Assembly (NCBI GenBank): GCA_965203835.1
Contig: OZ241919.1
Span: 3,220,188 to 3,284,187, forward strand
Length of the DNA: 64,000 nt
DNA from: Dehalococcoidia bacterium
GTDB lineage: Bacteria > Chloroflexota > Dehalococcoidia > Lucifugimonadales > UBA3495
Reading direction: 5' to 3'
The notes under the pieces: model-generated
Database searches by the model: none
What the model was told of the DNA's origin: nothing
The model's input: only the letters and a program-made list of their open reading frames with translations
Made by a program: the position numbers and the translations under genes
Shown: in pieces, positions 29,738 to 38,068 of the stretch
Layout of the letters: each line of letters opens with the position of its first letter
Position numbering within the stretch: position 1 is the stretch's first letter

Positions 29738-29760
29738 CGGACAGCCATTTGGCTGTCCGG
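29738..29760 (+). terminator. Hairpin after the PD-(D/E)xK gene
   Basis: cggacagcc-attt-ggctgtccg forms a 9-bp perfect stem, 29 nt after the stop and preceded by TTTTTG. No downstream U-tract. Confidence 0.4.
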
Positions 29761-29818
29761 TAGGCTTGTGAAAGTCTTTACCGACAGCAAATGTCTGAAT
29801 CAGGATTACCAAGATTAA

Positions 29819-29853
29819 GGGATTCTCAGGATTGGGAATATCCTGAAAATCCC
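29819..29853. promoter_or_regulatory. 35-nt nested palindrome (operator-like) upstream of the ATPase-PIN pair
   Basis: GGGATTctCAGGATtgggaatATCCTGaaAATCCC. Two tiers of 6-bp inverted repeats, and an extra CAGGATT copy 20 nt upstream. Confidence 0.45.
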
Positions 29854-29912
29854 GAAATCCGGTAAATGTTCATTCAGAAAATTACTTTGCACAAGCCCTG
29901 CATTTTGGCCGA

Positions 29913-29921
29913 TGTTATAAT
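29913..29921 (+). promoter_or_regulatory. Extended -10 promoter element
   Basis: TGTTATAAT (TGnTATAAT consensus) lies 20 nt before the ATG at 29941. GAGGA lies between them as the SD. No good -35 element. Confidence 0.45.
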
Positions 29922-29940
29922 CGGCGCGAGGATAGTTGGC

Positions 29941-31182
29941 ATGATAACGAACATCACACTGGGCAATTTCAAGTGCTTCCGGCACGTGAGCATCGACCCG
30001 AAGCTGGTCACGGTCCTGATTGGGCCCAACGGCACGGGCAAGTCGGGCGTTCTGCAGGCGTTGATGTTGCTCAAGCAGTCCAGGGACGACGTCAGGTCAT
30101 TGAAGTTGCAGGGTGATTTGGTGTGGTTCGCGCCGGAAGCTTTCGGGCTTCAAAGTCTTGATGCTGTCTCCGCGACCGTTAGGTTGTCGGTGTCCGGGCA
30201 TGAGTATATCGAAGCGGAGACGGTTGAGAGTCAGGTTGATTTTTGGGTTGACCTCAACTATGAGGGTGATGCCAAGCTAACAACCAAGATTGGAACGACG
30301 GTGTTCAGAATTCTCGGGCGGGAATTCCGGGTGTTTTTCAATCAAGAAGAAATATCGTCCAGTCTCAATACTCCCTTAGGTGACATCTTTTATGAAGAGC
30401 GAAATGGAATCAACAATTTCAGGGTGATAGGTTATTCAGGGATAGCAGAGGCCATCCCCGATGTTTGGGAGCAAATATCCCAAGCCCCCATGAATACCTT
30501 CGCAAATATAAAGATGGTCTCGGCGGCCAGGGCATTGACCCGAGGAACCTATCACTTGGGGCCTGAACTTTCCGATGATATTTCGAGCGCCGGTGGGTTG
30601 GGGAAACAGGAAGCGGACACGGCTACGACGTTGGCTTATTCTCGAAGTGACGTCGAAAAAGTTTCCCGTTCGATGAAACGAGTCACGGGGGTTGGATTCA
30701 GAACGGATACCGTTCCTCCGCAATCGGCAAAACCAATTTCCGAGGCTAAGTCTGGGGATTTCAGTCTTGTTGCTGAGGGGTTCGGGACGAACGCTCTCGT
30801 CCGACTCTTGTTTGAAGTGGTGCGGGCCGTTCCGGGGGCTACGGTGTTGATCGAGGAGCCGGAGGTCCATCTTCACCCCAGGGCGCAGGCGGACTTGGCG
30901 TCGGTGCTGGTTGAGGAGGCTAAGGCGGACAGCAAGCAGATAATCATGACCACGCACAGCGAGCATGTGGCGGGAAGACTGCTTACCTTGGTGGCGGAAG
31001 GGAAGCTGTCGCCGGAAGAGATCGCCATTTACTCTTTCGAAAAGGATGAGAACGGCGTCTGTTCTGCCCAGGAGATCGAAGTAACCGAGCACGGCCAGGT
31101 AGTGGGAGGTCTGAAGAGTTTCTTCGAGACGGACTTGGACGAAATGCGTCGGCTTGTGGATGCGCTGCGTGCTAGAGCATGA
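29941..31182 (+). CDS. ABC/SMC-like ATPase of the AAA_15/AAA_21 type (possibly with DUF3696-like C-terminus)
   Basis: Walker A GPNGTGKSG, Walker B VLIEEPEVHLHP and H-loop MTTHSEH. The start is set at MITNITLGNFKCF (29941), the usual N-terminus of these ATPases. Confidence 0.8.
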   Translation: MITNITLGNFKCFRHVSIDPKLVTVLIGPNGTGKSGVLQALMLLKQSRDDVRSLKLQGDLVWFAPEAFGLQSLDAVSATVRLSVSGHEYIEAETVESQVDFWVDLNYEGDAKLTTKIGTTVFRILGREFRVFFNQEEISSSLNTPLGDIFYEERNGINNFRVIGYSGIAEAIPDVWEQISQAPMNTFANIKMVSAARALTRGTYHLGPELSDDISSAGGLGKQEADTATTLAYSRSDVEKVSRSMKRVTGVGFRTDTVPPQSAKPISEAKSGDFSLVAEGFGTNALVRLLFEVVRAVPGATVLIEEPEVHLHPRAQADLASVLVEEAKADSKQIIMTTHSEHVAGRLLTLVAEGKLSPEEIAIYSFEKDENGVCSAQEIEVTEHGQVVGGLKSFFETDLDEMRRLVDALRARA

Positions 31183-31649
31183 CACCCCGCTTCATCCTGG
31201 ACGAAAACGTTGTAATACTGGCGCAGCAGGGGCTTGATGAAAGAGGAAATCCCAGCCCCGTTTGCGCCGAACTGGTCCGACGGATCATCGAGATTTGCCA
31301 CACCATCGTGGTGGATGACGTTCTGTGGGACAAGTTTGACGGACAACTCAACCGGCCCGGTTACCAACTTCCTCAAGCCGGTCCCAACCTACTGCGTGTT
31401 CTTTGGAACGCCCTCACGATCGTCAATAAGATAGACGGTCTGGGTAGCACCGCGCCCCCCTTCGGCGAAGAAGGGTTGATTCCATCCGGCAGTATAGATG
31501 ACACTTATATCGTGAGGCTGGCAGTGGAGTTCGGGGCAATATTTGTCACGACTGACGGGCCTATTCGGGACGACCTGCGGGACTCGGGGATTCGGGATGC
31601 TTACGGGTTGACGGTGGTTTCACCTGACGAGGCATTGGGGATATTGTGA
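31179..31649 (+). CDS. PIN-like nuclease-fold protein (putative effector), translationally coupled to the ATPase
   Basis: ATGA overlap with the ATPase stop. FILDENV (strand 1 Asp), then DDTYIVRLAVEFGAIFVTTDGP (late Asp pair) resemble the PIN acidic residues. The assignment was made by eye only. Confidence 0.5.
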   Translation: MTPRFILDENVVILAQQGLDERGNPSPVCAELVRRIIEICHTIVVDDVLWDKFDGQLNRPGYQLPQAGPNLLRVLWNALTIVNKIDGLGSTAPPFGEEGLIPSGSIDDTYIVRLAVEFGAIFVTTDGPIRDDLRDSGIRDAYGLTVVSPDEALGIL

Positions 31650-31714
31650 CGGGTGGTTGATACGTGGTTCCCAACGCGTTTCGCTGCAAAGGCAGGGAGC
31701 CAAACCTCCGACGG

Positions 31715-31742
31715 TGGATTCCCGCCTGCGCGGGAATGACGG
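31715..31742. repeat. REP-like hairpin, canonical copy
   Basis: TGGATTCCCGCCTGCGCGGGAATGACGG. The 8-bp stem is ATTCCCGC/GCGGGAAT and the loop is CTGC. Confidence 0.9.
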
Positions 31743-31775
31743 ATGGCCGTGTGGGGCCATGTATGAGGCACGGAA

Positions 31776-32369
31776 ATGCCTATTTTCGTGGAAATGACCA
31801 TACACGCCGCCGGAACCGATCCGATGGGGTACGATACAGACATGTTTAAGCAAGAGAGAAGACCGCTTTATTGGGACAACCACGAGGGGTTTCGGCGACT
31901 GCTGATAATCGGCAGTATCTCGCTGGTTATCGGCGTATTTTTCGGCGACCAGATAGGGCGGTCTGAGGGATTCACATGGCTTCGAGGATGGTTCCCGATT
32001 TTCATGTGGACTTCCGGGCTGGCTACCTTGGCTATATGCTTCCTGGTCCATCCGCGGCAGTATTCAATTTACCCGGACTATTTATTGGTTGAGTGGTGGT
32101 ATCCCCGCCGGAAGGTCGTCCCTTTCAATGAAATAACCGAACTCCAAGCTTGGACCAGCGTGGGCCGGAAGAAAATCATCGTGCTGAGCAAGGGGGATGA
32201 CTACGATTTCGGCTTCGACGCAATCGCGCCCCGGCGGATAGGGGTCTTCGCTCAACGGCTGGAAGAGGCGTTGAACCGCCACCGTTTCTTTGCAGGCCGG
32301 GACCCCCTCCAGATTCGGCCGGAACGGTCGCGCAGAGACAAGAACAAGGGCCAGGGGTCCCAACCCTAA
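31776..32369 (+). CDS. Membrane protein with two TM helices and a bacterial PH-like (YdbS/DUF304-type) domain
   Basis: LLIIGSISLVIGVFFG and WFPIFMWTSGLATLAICFLV helices, followed by YSIYPDYLLVEW...VPFNEITEL..., as in bPH_2 proteins. The start is uncertain (31776, 31827 or 31845). Confidence 0.5.
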   Translation: MPIFVEMTIHAAGTDPMGYDTDMFKQERRPLYWDNHEGFRRLLIIGSISLVIGVFFGDQIGRSEGFTWLRGWFPIFMWTSGLATLAICFLVHPRQYSIYPDYLLVEWWYPRRKVVPFNEITELQAWTSVGRKKIIVLSKGDDYDFGFDAIAPRRIGVFAQRLEEALNRHRFFAGRDPLQIRPERSRRDKNKGQGSQP

Positions 32370-32465
32370 CGAGTGCAACGTGCGGGGGGCTGGTCCATAT
32401 TTTTCTGCGTGTAGGCAATATAGCCGTGTACACTATTGTAGTGTGAGCCTTATGGTACGGAGGTA

Positions 32466-32696
32466 GTGATGAAGAATATAACTCTCAGCGCCGATGAGGG
32501 ACTCATCAAGGAGGCGCGCCGCATCGCCGCTTCCCGCAGCACTACGCTGAACGCCGAGTTCCGGCTGTGGCTGGCCGACTATGTGGGGCGAAAGCGGCAA
32601 GCAGAGAAGGCCATGGCCACCATTCGCGAATTGCAGGCCATCTATGGCACCGGTGGGCGCAAGTTCACCCGGGAAGAGATGAATGAGCGCCGATGA
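32466..32696 (+). CDS. Antitoxin-like RHH protein, orphan
   Basis: 76 aa. NITLSADEGLIKEARRIAASRSTTLNAEFRLWLADY is an RHH/CopG-like antitoxin pattern. It is followed only by a 14-codon stub (see findings). Confidence 0.55.
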   Translation: MMKNITLSADEGLIKEARRIAASRSTTLNAEFRLWLADYVGRKRQAEKAMATIRELQAIYGTGGRKFTREEMNERR

Positions 32697-32847
32697 CTTC
32701 GAAGATATTCGACACGGCTAACGGATACAAGGGCTGACGATAGTGAACCCATTTGTGAGCCAATAGCATTGAACAGGAGTTCATCCGGGTTGTTGAAGCT
32801 CAACTTACTCGGTTATATCATCGCCCTATAGTAACCTGACCGAGAAG

Positions 32848-33219
32848 GTGACGATTATGTCCCCAGCCGGAGATTCCGCTACCGGCAAGGCTGACAACTC
32901 CTTCCATGAACAGTACAAAGATGCTCTGGACCGGGAGCCGGTGGACTATGCTTTCCTGGAAGAACACCTGGATGAGCTGGACCTTAGCCCGACGCACTTT
33001 GAAACTATGGAAGAGAAGCATCGGCGCCAGGGAGATGAGATGCTGCGCTTCAAGGAATTCGTGCGTACCCTGGACGAAGCGCAACAAAAGCTAAGCGACC
33101 GGGAGCGCTTTCGTCTGTTCTTGAAAGAAGAGGGCCGGCATGACCGAGAACAGCGGAGGCGCTATCTTCTGTTCCTCAGGCACGACCGGCATGATTTGGC
33201 CGAGATGAACCAGGAATGA
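32848..33219 (+). CDS. Highly charged helical protein, putative atypical antitoxin of the downstream VapC
   Basis: 123 aa and very rich in E/D/R/K. Its stop overlaps the VapC start (ATGA at 33216). Confidence 0.5.
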   Translation: MTIMSPAGDSATGKADNSFHEQYKDALDREPVDYAFLEEHLDELDLSPTHFETMEEKHRRQGDEMLRFKEFVRTLDEAQQKLSDRERFRLFLKEEGRHDREQRRRYLLFLRHDRHDLAEMNQE

Positions 33220-33629
33220 CGCTGCTGGTTGATACCGGGCCGTTAGTAGCCATTATAAACCGAGGAGACTCTCGCCATGCGGACTGTACTGCAATGCTGC
33301 GGGACCTGCGGAGTGAGCCGATGGTTACTACCTGGCAGTGCTTTACCGAGGCCATGTATTTCATTGGCCGCGACGCCGGCTATCATTTTCAGGATGCCTT
33401 GTGGGATATGCGCAGCGCCGGGTTAATCAGTATTCACACAACGACGGATTCGGAGGCCGACCGCATGGCGTTGTTGATGCGTCGCTATAGAAATTTCCCA
33501 ATGGACTTGGCCGATGCATCGCTGATTGTGGCGGCGGAATCCCTTGCTATTCGCCGCCTTTTCACGATTGATTCCGAATACTACTCTTACCTCCTCGCCG
33601 ATGGCTCAGTAATGGAAGTAATCGCCTGA
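33216..33629 (+). CDS. vapC: PIN-domain toxin (VapC family)
   Basis: MTLLVDTGPLVAIINRGD ... FTEAMYF ... DLADASLIVAAE ... FTIDSEY. All four PIN acidic positions are present. 137 aa. Confidence 0.8.
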   Translation: MTLLVDTGPLVAIINRGDSRHADCTAMLRDLRSEPMVTTWQCFTEAMYFIGRDAGYHFQDALWDMRSAGLISIHTTTDSEADRMALLMRRYRNFPMDLADASLIVAAESLAIRRLFTIDSEYYSYLLADGSVMEVIA

Positions 33630-33783
33630 AATACCAGCCGGCATTTCAGGCCCCTCGTTGATGACAATACAGGATCAGCAAACACTTTCTTTCGCTTTTT
33701 TCTTGCCAATGGCCCAAGGGCTGGTCTATCATCCAACCGTCTTGTCGCGTGACCGAAACGACTGAAGCACGACGGAGTATCCC

Positions 33784-35211
33784 TTGGTAACGCAGCGGTT
33801 TATTGAAGAGGCCCGGCGGATTGTGGGGGAGGAGTACGTTATTTACCACCCGGACGATTTGCTGGTGTACGAGTACGACGGATCGGTGGACCGGAACGTT
33901 CCGCAGGCGGTGGTGCTTCCCAACTCCACCGAGGAAGTGAGCCGGGTGATGGCGCTGGCCTACGGAGAGGGGATTCCGGTGGTAGGGCGAGGGTCCGGCA
34001 CGGGACTGAGCGGCGGGGCTATCGCGCCGGAGGGTGGCATCCAGATTGCCTTTCCCCGGATGCACCACATTCTCGAGGTAGACACGGAGAATTGCACCGC
34101 AATGGTGCAGCCGGGAGTAATAAACCTGGACCTGGATACCCATGTGCGCCGTTTCGGGTTCCGTTACGCTCCAGACCCGTCGAGCCAACGGGCGTGCAGC
34201 TTGGGGGGGAACATAGCGGAGAACGCGGGCGGGCCGCATTGCTTGGCATACGGCTGTACCACCAACCACGTGCTAGGGATGGAGGTGGTGCTGGAGGACG
34301 GCACTATAGTCAACCTGGGGAGCGCAGCGCGGGAAACGCCTGGGTACGACTTGCGGGGCGTGTTCACCGGGTCGGAAGGGACCTTCGGCATCGCCACCAA
34401 GATAATGGTGCGTTTGCTGCCGGTGCCGGAAGCGGTCAAGACGTTCTTGGGGATCTACCCGGACGTGGACTCGGCAGCCACCGCCGTTTCCGCCGTAATC
34501 GGGCACGGCATCGTCCCGGCGGCGCTGGAAATGATCGACGCTCTCAGCATCCAGGCGGTGCAGAACGTGATGGACGCGGGCTACCCTGAGGACGCGGGAG
34601 CGGTGCTGCTGGTAGAACTGGAAGGCTTGCAGGAAGAGGTGGACGAGATAGGCGCGGAGGTAGAGGCGGCGCTGTGGGAGTCAGGGCCGTCGCAGGTAAG
34701 GGTGGCTGAGGAGGAGAATGACCGCGCCAACCTTTGGATCGGGCGCAAGGGGGTACTGGGAGCCCTTGGGAGTCTGGCTCCGAACTATTACCTTGTGGAC
34801 GGCGTGGTGCCCCGGACGCAGCTGACCCAAGTGTTGCGGCAGGTGAGCCGTATAAGCGAAGAGTATGGTGTGCCTATCTCCAACGTGCTGCACGCCGGGG
34901 ACGGCAACCTGCATCCCTCTTTGTTGTTTGACGAACGGCAACCAGGGGCGTTGGAAAAAGTAATCGAAGCGGGCGCGGAGGTAATGAAGGTCTGCATAGA
35001 GGCGGGGGGCGCCCTGACCGGCGAGCATGGCGTGGGGTTGGAGAAGAAGGAGTTGATGCCCTTGTCCTACTCGCAGGACGATATGGACGCGATGCTCTTG
35101 GTGCGACAGGCTTTCGCGCCGGAGAACCGGCTGAATCCGGGCAAGATATTTCCTGATGGCACACACTACACGCCGCCGGCCCGGCGGCCTGAGCCGGGGA
35201 TGACGGTTTAG
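33784..35211 (+). CDS. glcD: FAD-linked oxidase, glycolate oxidase subunit GlcD-like
   Basis: FAD_binding_4 motif VVGRGSGTGLSGGA and the C-terminal GEHGVGLEK motif. First gene of a D-E-F triad. TTG start 7 nt after GGAG. Confidence 0.8.
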   Translation: MVTQRFIEEARRIVGEEYVIYHPDDLLVYEYDGSVDRNVPQAVVLPNSTEEVSRVMALAYGEGIPVVGRGSGTGLSGGAIAPEGGIQIAFPRMHHILEVDTENCTAMVQPGVINLDLDTHVRRFGFRYAPDPSSQRACSLGGNIAENAGGPHCLAYGCTTNHVLGMEVVLEDGTIVNLGSAARETPGYDLRGVFTGSEGTFGIATKIMVRLLPVPEAVKTFLGIYPDVDSAATAVSAVIGHGIVPAALEMIDALSIQAVQNVMDAGYPEDAGAVLLVELEGLQEEVDEIGAEVEAALWESGPSQVRVAEEENDRANLWIGRKGVLGALGSLAPNYYLVDGVVPRTQLTQVLRQVSRISEEYGVPISNVLHAGDGNLHPSLLFDERQPGALEKVIEAGAEVMKVCIEAGGALTGEHGVGLEKKELMPLSYSQDDMDAMLLVRQAFAPENRLNPGKIFPDGTHYTPPARRPEPGMTV

Positions 35212-35246
35212 GAGTGGCCGGTGGTCAGTGGCTAGTGGTTAGTTGA

Positions 35247-36677
35247 ATGGTAGACAGACCCTCTTCAAGTGCATCAGGCCAGCAGTCCCCGATGACTGCC
35301 CACCGGCCGCTGGATGCCGTCCACTGGCTTGGCGAAGACAGTCTCGATGACTATGCCATAGACGGCCAAGCGCCCGAGGCGGTGGTTAGGCCGGAGAGCC
35401 GGCAGCAGGTCGCGGAAGTGGTTCGGTGGGCGTGCGAAGAAAACGTGGCGCTTTTCCCGAGGGGCGGCGGTGTGCATGTGTCGTTGGGCAACCCGCCCGG
35501 CAGGCCCGGGGTGGTGCTGGACCTGAGCCGTTGCAACCGGGTCCTGGACTTTCAGCCTTCCGATTTGACGGTTACAGTGGAAGCCGGAGTTACGCTGGAC
35601 TCGTTGCAGCAGCACTTGGCGGTGGGCGGCAAGTTCCTGCCTCTGGAGTCTCCCCGTTCCGGCGCGGCAACCATTGGGGGTATCCTGGCCGCCAACGTCA
35701 CCGGCCCTTTGCGGTCTAGCGTGGGGCTCCCACGGGAGTGGCTGATAGGAATTGGAGTAGTCAACGCCCAGGGAGTGGAGACCAAGGCCGGGGGCAAGGT
35801 GGTAAAGAACGTCACCGGCTACGACTTGGACAAGCTGTACACCGGGTCGTTGGGCACGCTGGGGATTATCGTGGAGGCAGCCTTCAAGCTGGCCCCCCTT
35901 CCGGCCGAGTCCGCGGCTTTGATGGCAGTGTTGCCCTCGATGCAAGCCGCGGTAGATGCTGGAAGCGTACTGAAAAAACAGGTGTATGCGCCACAAGGGC
36001 TGCAAGTCCTGAATCAAAGGCTGGCGCGCCGGTTGTCTCAACGGATAAACGGGCATCCATCCCTGTCTGACATCCAACTGCCGGAGACGGGCCAAGGGGA
36101 ATGCGTGGCGTTGGCCTTGTTCAGCGGTCGTGCTGCGGCCGTAAGGCGCAAGCTCCGCGAGTCCGCCGGACTGTTGAGAGAGAAGGGAGGGTCTCAGATA
36201 GCTGAAGTTACGGGGCCGCGGGCCGCCGGGCTTCTTCGCGCCGTGACCGACTTGGGCTGGGAGCAGGATGATTTGCCCCACTTGGCACTGAGAATCAACG
36301 TTGCGCCGTCGGACACGGGTAGGGCGTTGGATTGGATAGCCGGACCAAACGAAGCAAGCCACGATCCACAAGCGGACATTGTGCCGATAGACATCATCGC
36401 GGACCCCGGATTCGGGTTGGTGCGGATGTTTGTATGGCCGGACGGCCCGGAAGGTGGGGCCGACGATGGGCAACTAGCCGCTTTTGTGTCGAGGGTGCAG
36501 GGACTGGCAAAGGGCATCGGCGGTTCGGCGGTGGTGGAGCGAGCGTCACCGGAGTTCAAACGTGTGGTCAACGTATGGGGTGACTCGCCCGAAGGGGCGC
36601 ACATAATGGCGCGCATCAAGCAGAAGTTCGATCCGACGGGGATTCTCAATCCCGGCCGGTTCGTGGGAGGAATATAG
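35247..36677 (+). CDS. glcE: FAD-binding subunit GlcE-like (long form)
   Basis: FPRGGGVHVSLGNP, KNVTGYDLDKLYTGSLGTLG, and a C-terminal KQKFDPTGILNPGRF. Confidence 0.75.
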   Translation: MVDRPSSSASGQQSPMTAHRPLDAVHWLGEDSLDDYAIDGQAPEAVVRPESRQQVAEVVRWACEENVALFPRGGGVHVSLGNPPGRPGVVLDLSRCNRVLDFQPSDLTVTVEAGVTLDSLQQHLAVGGKFLPLESPRSGAATIGGILAANVTGPLRSSVGLPREWLIGIGVVNAQGVETKAGGKVVKNVTGYDLDKLYTGSLGTLGIIVEAAFKLAPLPAESAALMAVLPSMQAAVDAGSVLKKQVYAPQGLQVLNQRLARRLSQRINGHPSLSDIQLPETGQGECVALALFSGRAAAVRRKLRESAGLLREKGGSQIAEVTGPRAAGLLRAVTDLGWEQDDLPHLALRINVAPSDTGRALDWIAGPNEASHDPQADIVPIDIIADPGFGLVRMFVWPDGPEGGADDGQLAAFVSRVQGLAKGIGGSAVVERASPEFKRVVNVWGDSPEGAHIMARIKQKFDPTGILNPGRFVGGI

Positions 36678-38029
36678 TGGCGGTCGGCCCGACTTCAGGC
36701 CAAGTTGAGGCGCCCGTGGACGTTGGGCGCGGGACGCCGGTAAGTGGATTCATCGGGGTTAACGCGCCAGCGGAAGCCGATATGTACCGTTGCGTCCACT
36801 GCGGGTTGTGCATCAGCGCGTGCCCCACCTACGGCGAGTTGTCGCTGGAAGCCGAGTCTCCCCGGGGGCGCATTGCCTTGATGAAGGCGGTCAACGAGGG
36901 CCGGTTGACCATTAACCCGCGGGTGGTGTCGCACTGGGACATGTGCCTCCAGTGCCGGGCCTGCGAGGCGGTGTGCCCGTCGGGGGTGCCCTACGGACGG
37001 ATTATGGCCAACACCAGGGCGCAAGTCGCGGCGCAGGACCAGAGGCCGGCCAAGCAGCGGCGGGTGAGCCGGTTGTTCTTGCGGGGGGCGCTGCCGCACC
37101 CGGGACGTATCCGATTGGGGGCGCGGTTCGCGCAGGTCTATCAGAAGACCGGGTTGCAGACGCTGGTGCGACGGAGCGGCATTCTTAGTCTGCTGCCCGG
37201 CGGTCTGAAAGAGCTGGAGGCACAACTGCCGGCATTCAGCGGACCGTTTTTCAACGCCGACGGGCGGAAGTATGCGGCGACATCGAACAGGAAGATGACA
37301 GTGGGACTCCTGTCAGGTTGCGTGATGCCGTTAATGCAGGGAGACACCATGCGAGCAGCGGTGCGGGTGCTGACTCGCAACGGCTGCGACGTGGTGGTCC
37401 CGTCAAGGCAGGGTTGCTGCGGCGCGCTCAACGTACACGCCGGGGACCTGGAGTACGCCAGGGACATGGCCCGCAAGAACATTGACGTTTTCTTGGCTGC
37501 CGGGGTAGACACGATCGTTACCGCGTCAGCCGGATGCGGCTCGGCCATGAAAGAGTACGACGACCTGCTGAAGGATGATCCCCGGTACGCTGGAACGGCG
37601 CGGCAGTTGGCAGAGATGACCAAGGACATCACCGAGTTTCTGGTGTCGCTGCCGTTGAACCCGCCCAAGGCATCGCTGCGGCGCAGGATTACCTACCAGG
37701 ACCCGTGCCACTTGGCCCACGCGCAGCGGATTACGGCTGCGCCCAGGGTTATTTTGAAGGCCATTCCAGGGGTCGAACTGGTGGAGATGGAGCAGGCTTC
37801 GAGGTGCTGCGGCGGCGCGGGTACGTATTCGATGGTGCAACGGGAGTTGTCGTCCAAAATACTGGCCACCAAAATGGGCAACATTGCCGCCACCCAAGCG
37901 GAGCAGGTGGTTACGGCCAACCCCGGCTGCATGATGCAATTGGAGCAGGGGCTGCGGGAGCTTGGCAAGCCCGGCAGGGTGCTTCACGTGGTGGACCTCT
38001 TGGATGAGGCGTACCGGAGCGAAAAATGA
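36677..38029 (+). CDS. glcF: Iron-sulfur subunit GlcF-like (2x4Fe-4S + 2 CCG domains)
   Basis: CVHCGLCISACPTY, CLQCRACEAVCPSGV, then CCGALN and CCGGAGTY CCG motifs. Its start abuts the glcE stop. Confidence 0.8.
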   Translation: MAVGPTSGQVEAPVDVGRGTPVSGFIGVNAPAEADMYRCVHCGLCISACPTYGELSLEAESPRGRIALMKAVNEGRLTINPRVVSHWDMCLQCRACEAVCPSGVPYGRIMANTRAQVAAQDQRPAKQRRVSRLFLRGALPHPGRIRLGARFAQVYQKTGLQTLVRRSGILSLLPGGLKELEAQLPAFSGPFFNADGRKYAATSNRKMTVGLLSGCVMPLMQGDTMRAAVRVLTRNGCDVVVPSRQGCCGALNVHAGDLEYARDMARKNIDVFLAAGVDTIVTASAGCGSAMKEYDDLLKDDPRYAGTARQLAEMTKDITEFLVSLPLNPPKASLRRRITYQDPCHLAHAQRITAAPRVILKAIPGVELVEMEQASRCCGGAGTYSMVQRELSSKILATKMGNIAATQAEQVVTANPGCMMQLEQGLRELGKPGRVLHVVDLLDEAYRSEK

Positions 38030-38068
38030 TGGGGAGCAGCCGAGCAACGAATTGTATCCGCTTCTCCA

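Noticed and set aside
31664-31849. Short ORFs spanning REP copies, for example 31664-31849, 24349-24645, 38417-38665, 39844-40284 and 45450-45689, with peptides such as IPACAGMT, DSRPRGNDG and FPPSRE.
   Set aside because: The translated similarity comes from the repeated DNA hairpin itself. These ORFs have no start context and overlap real genes.
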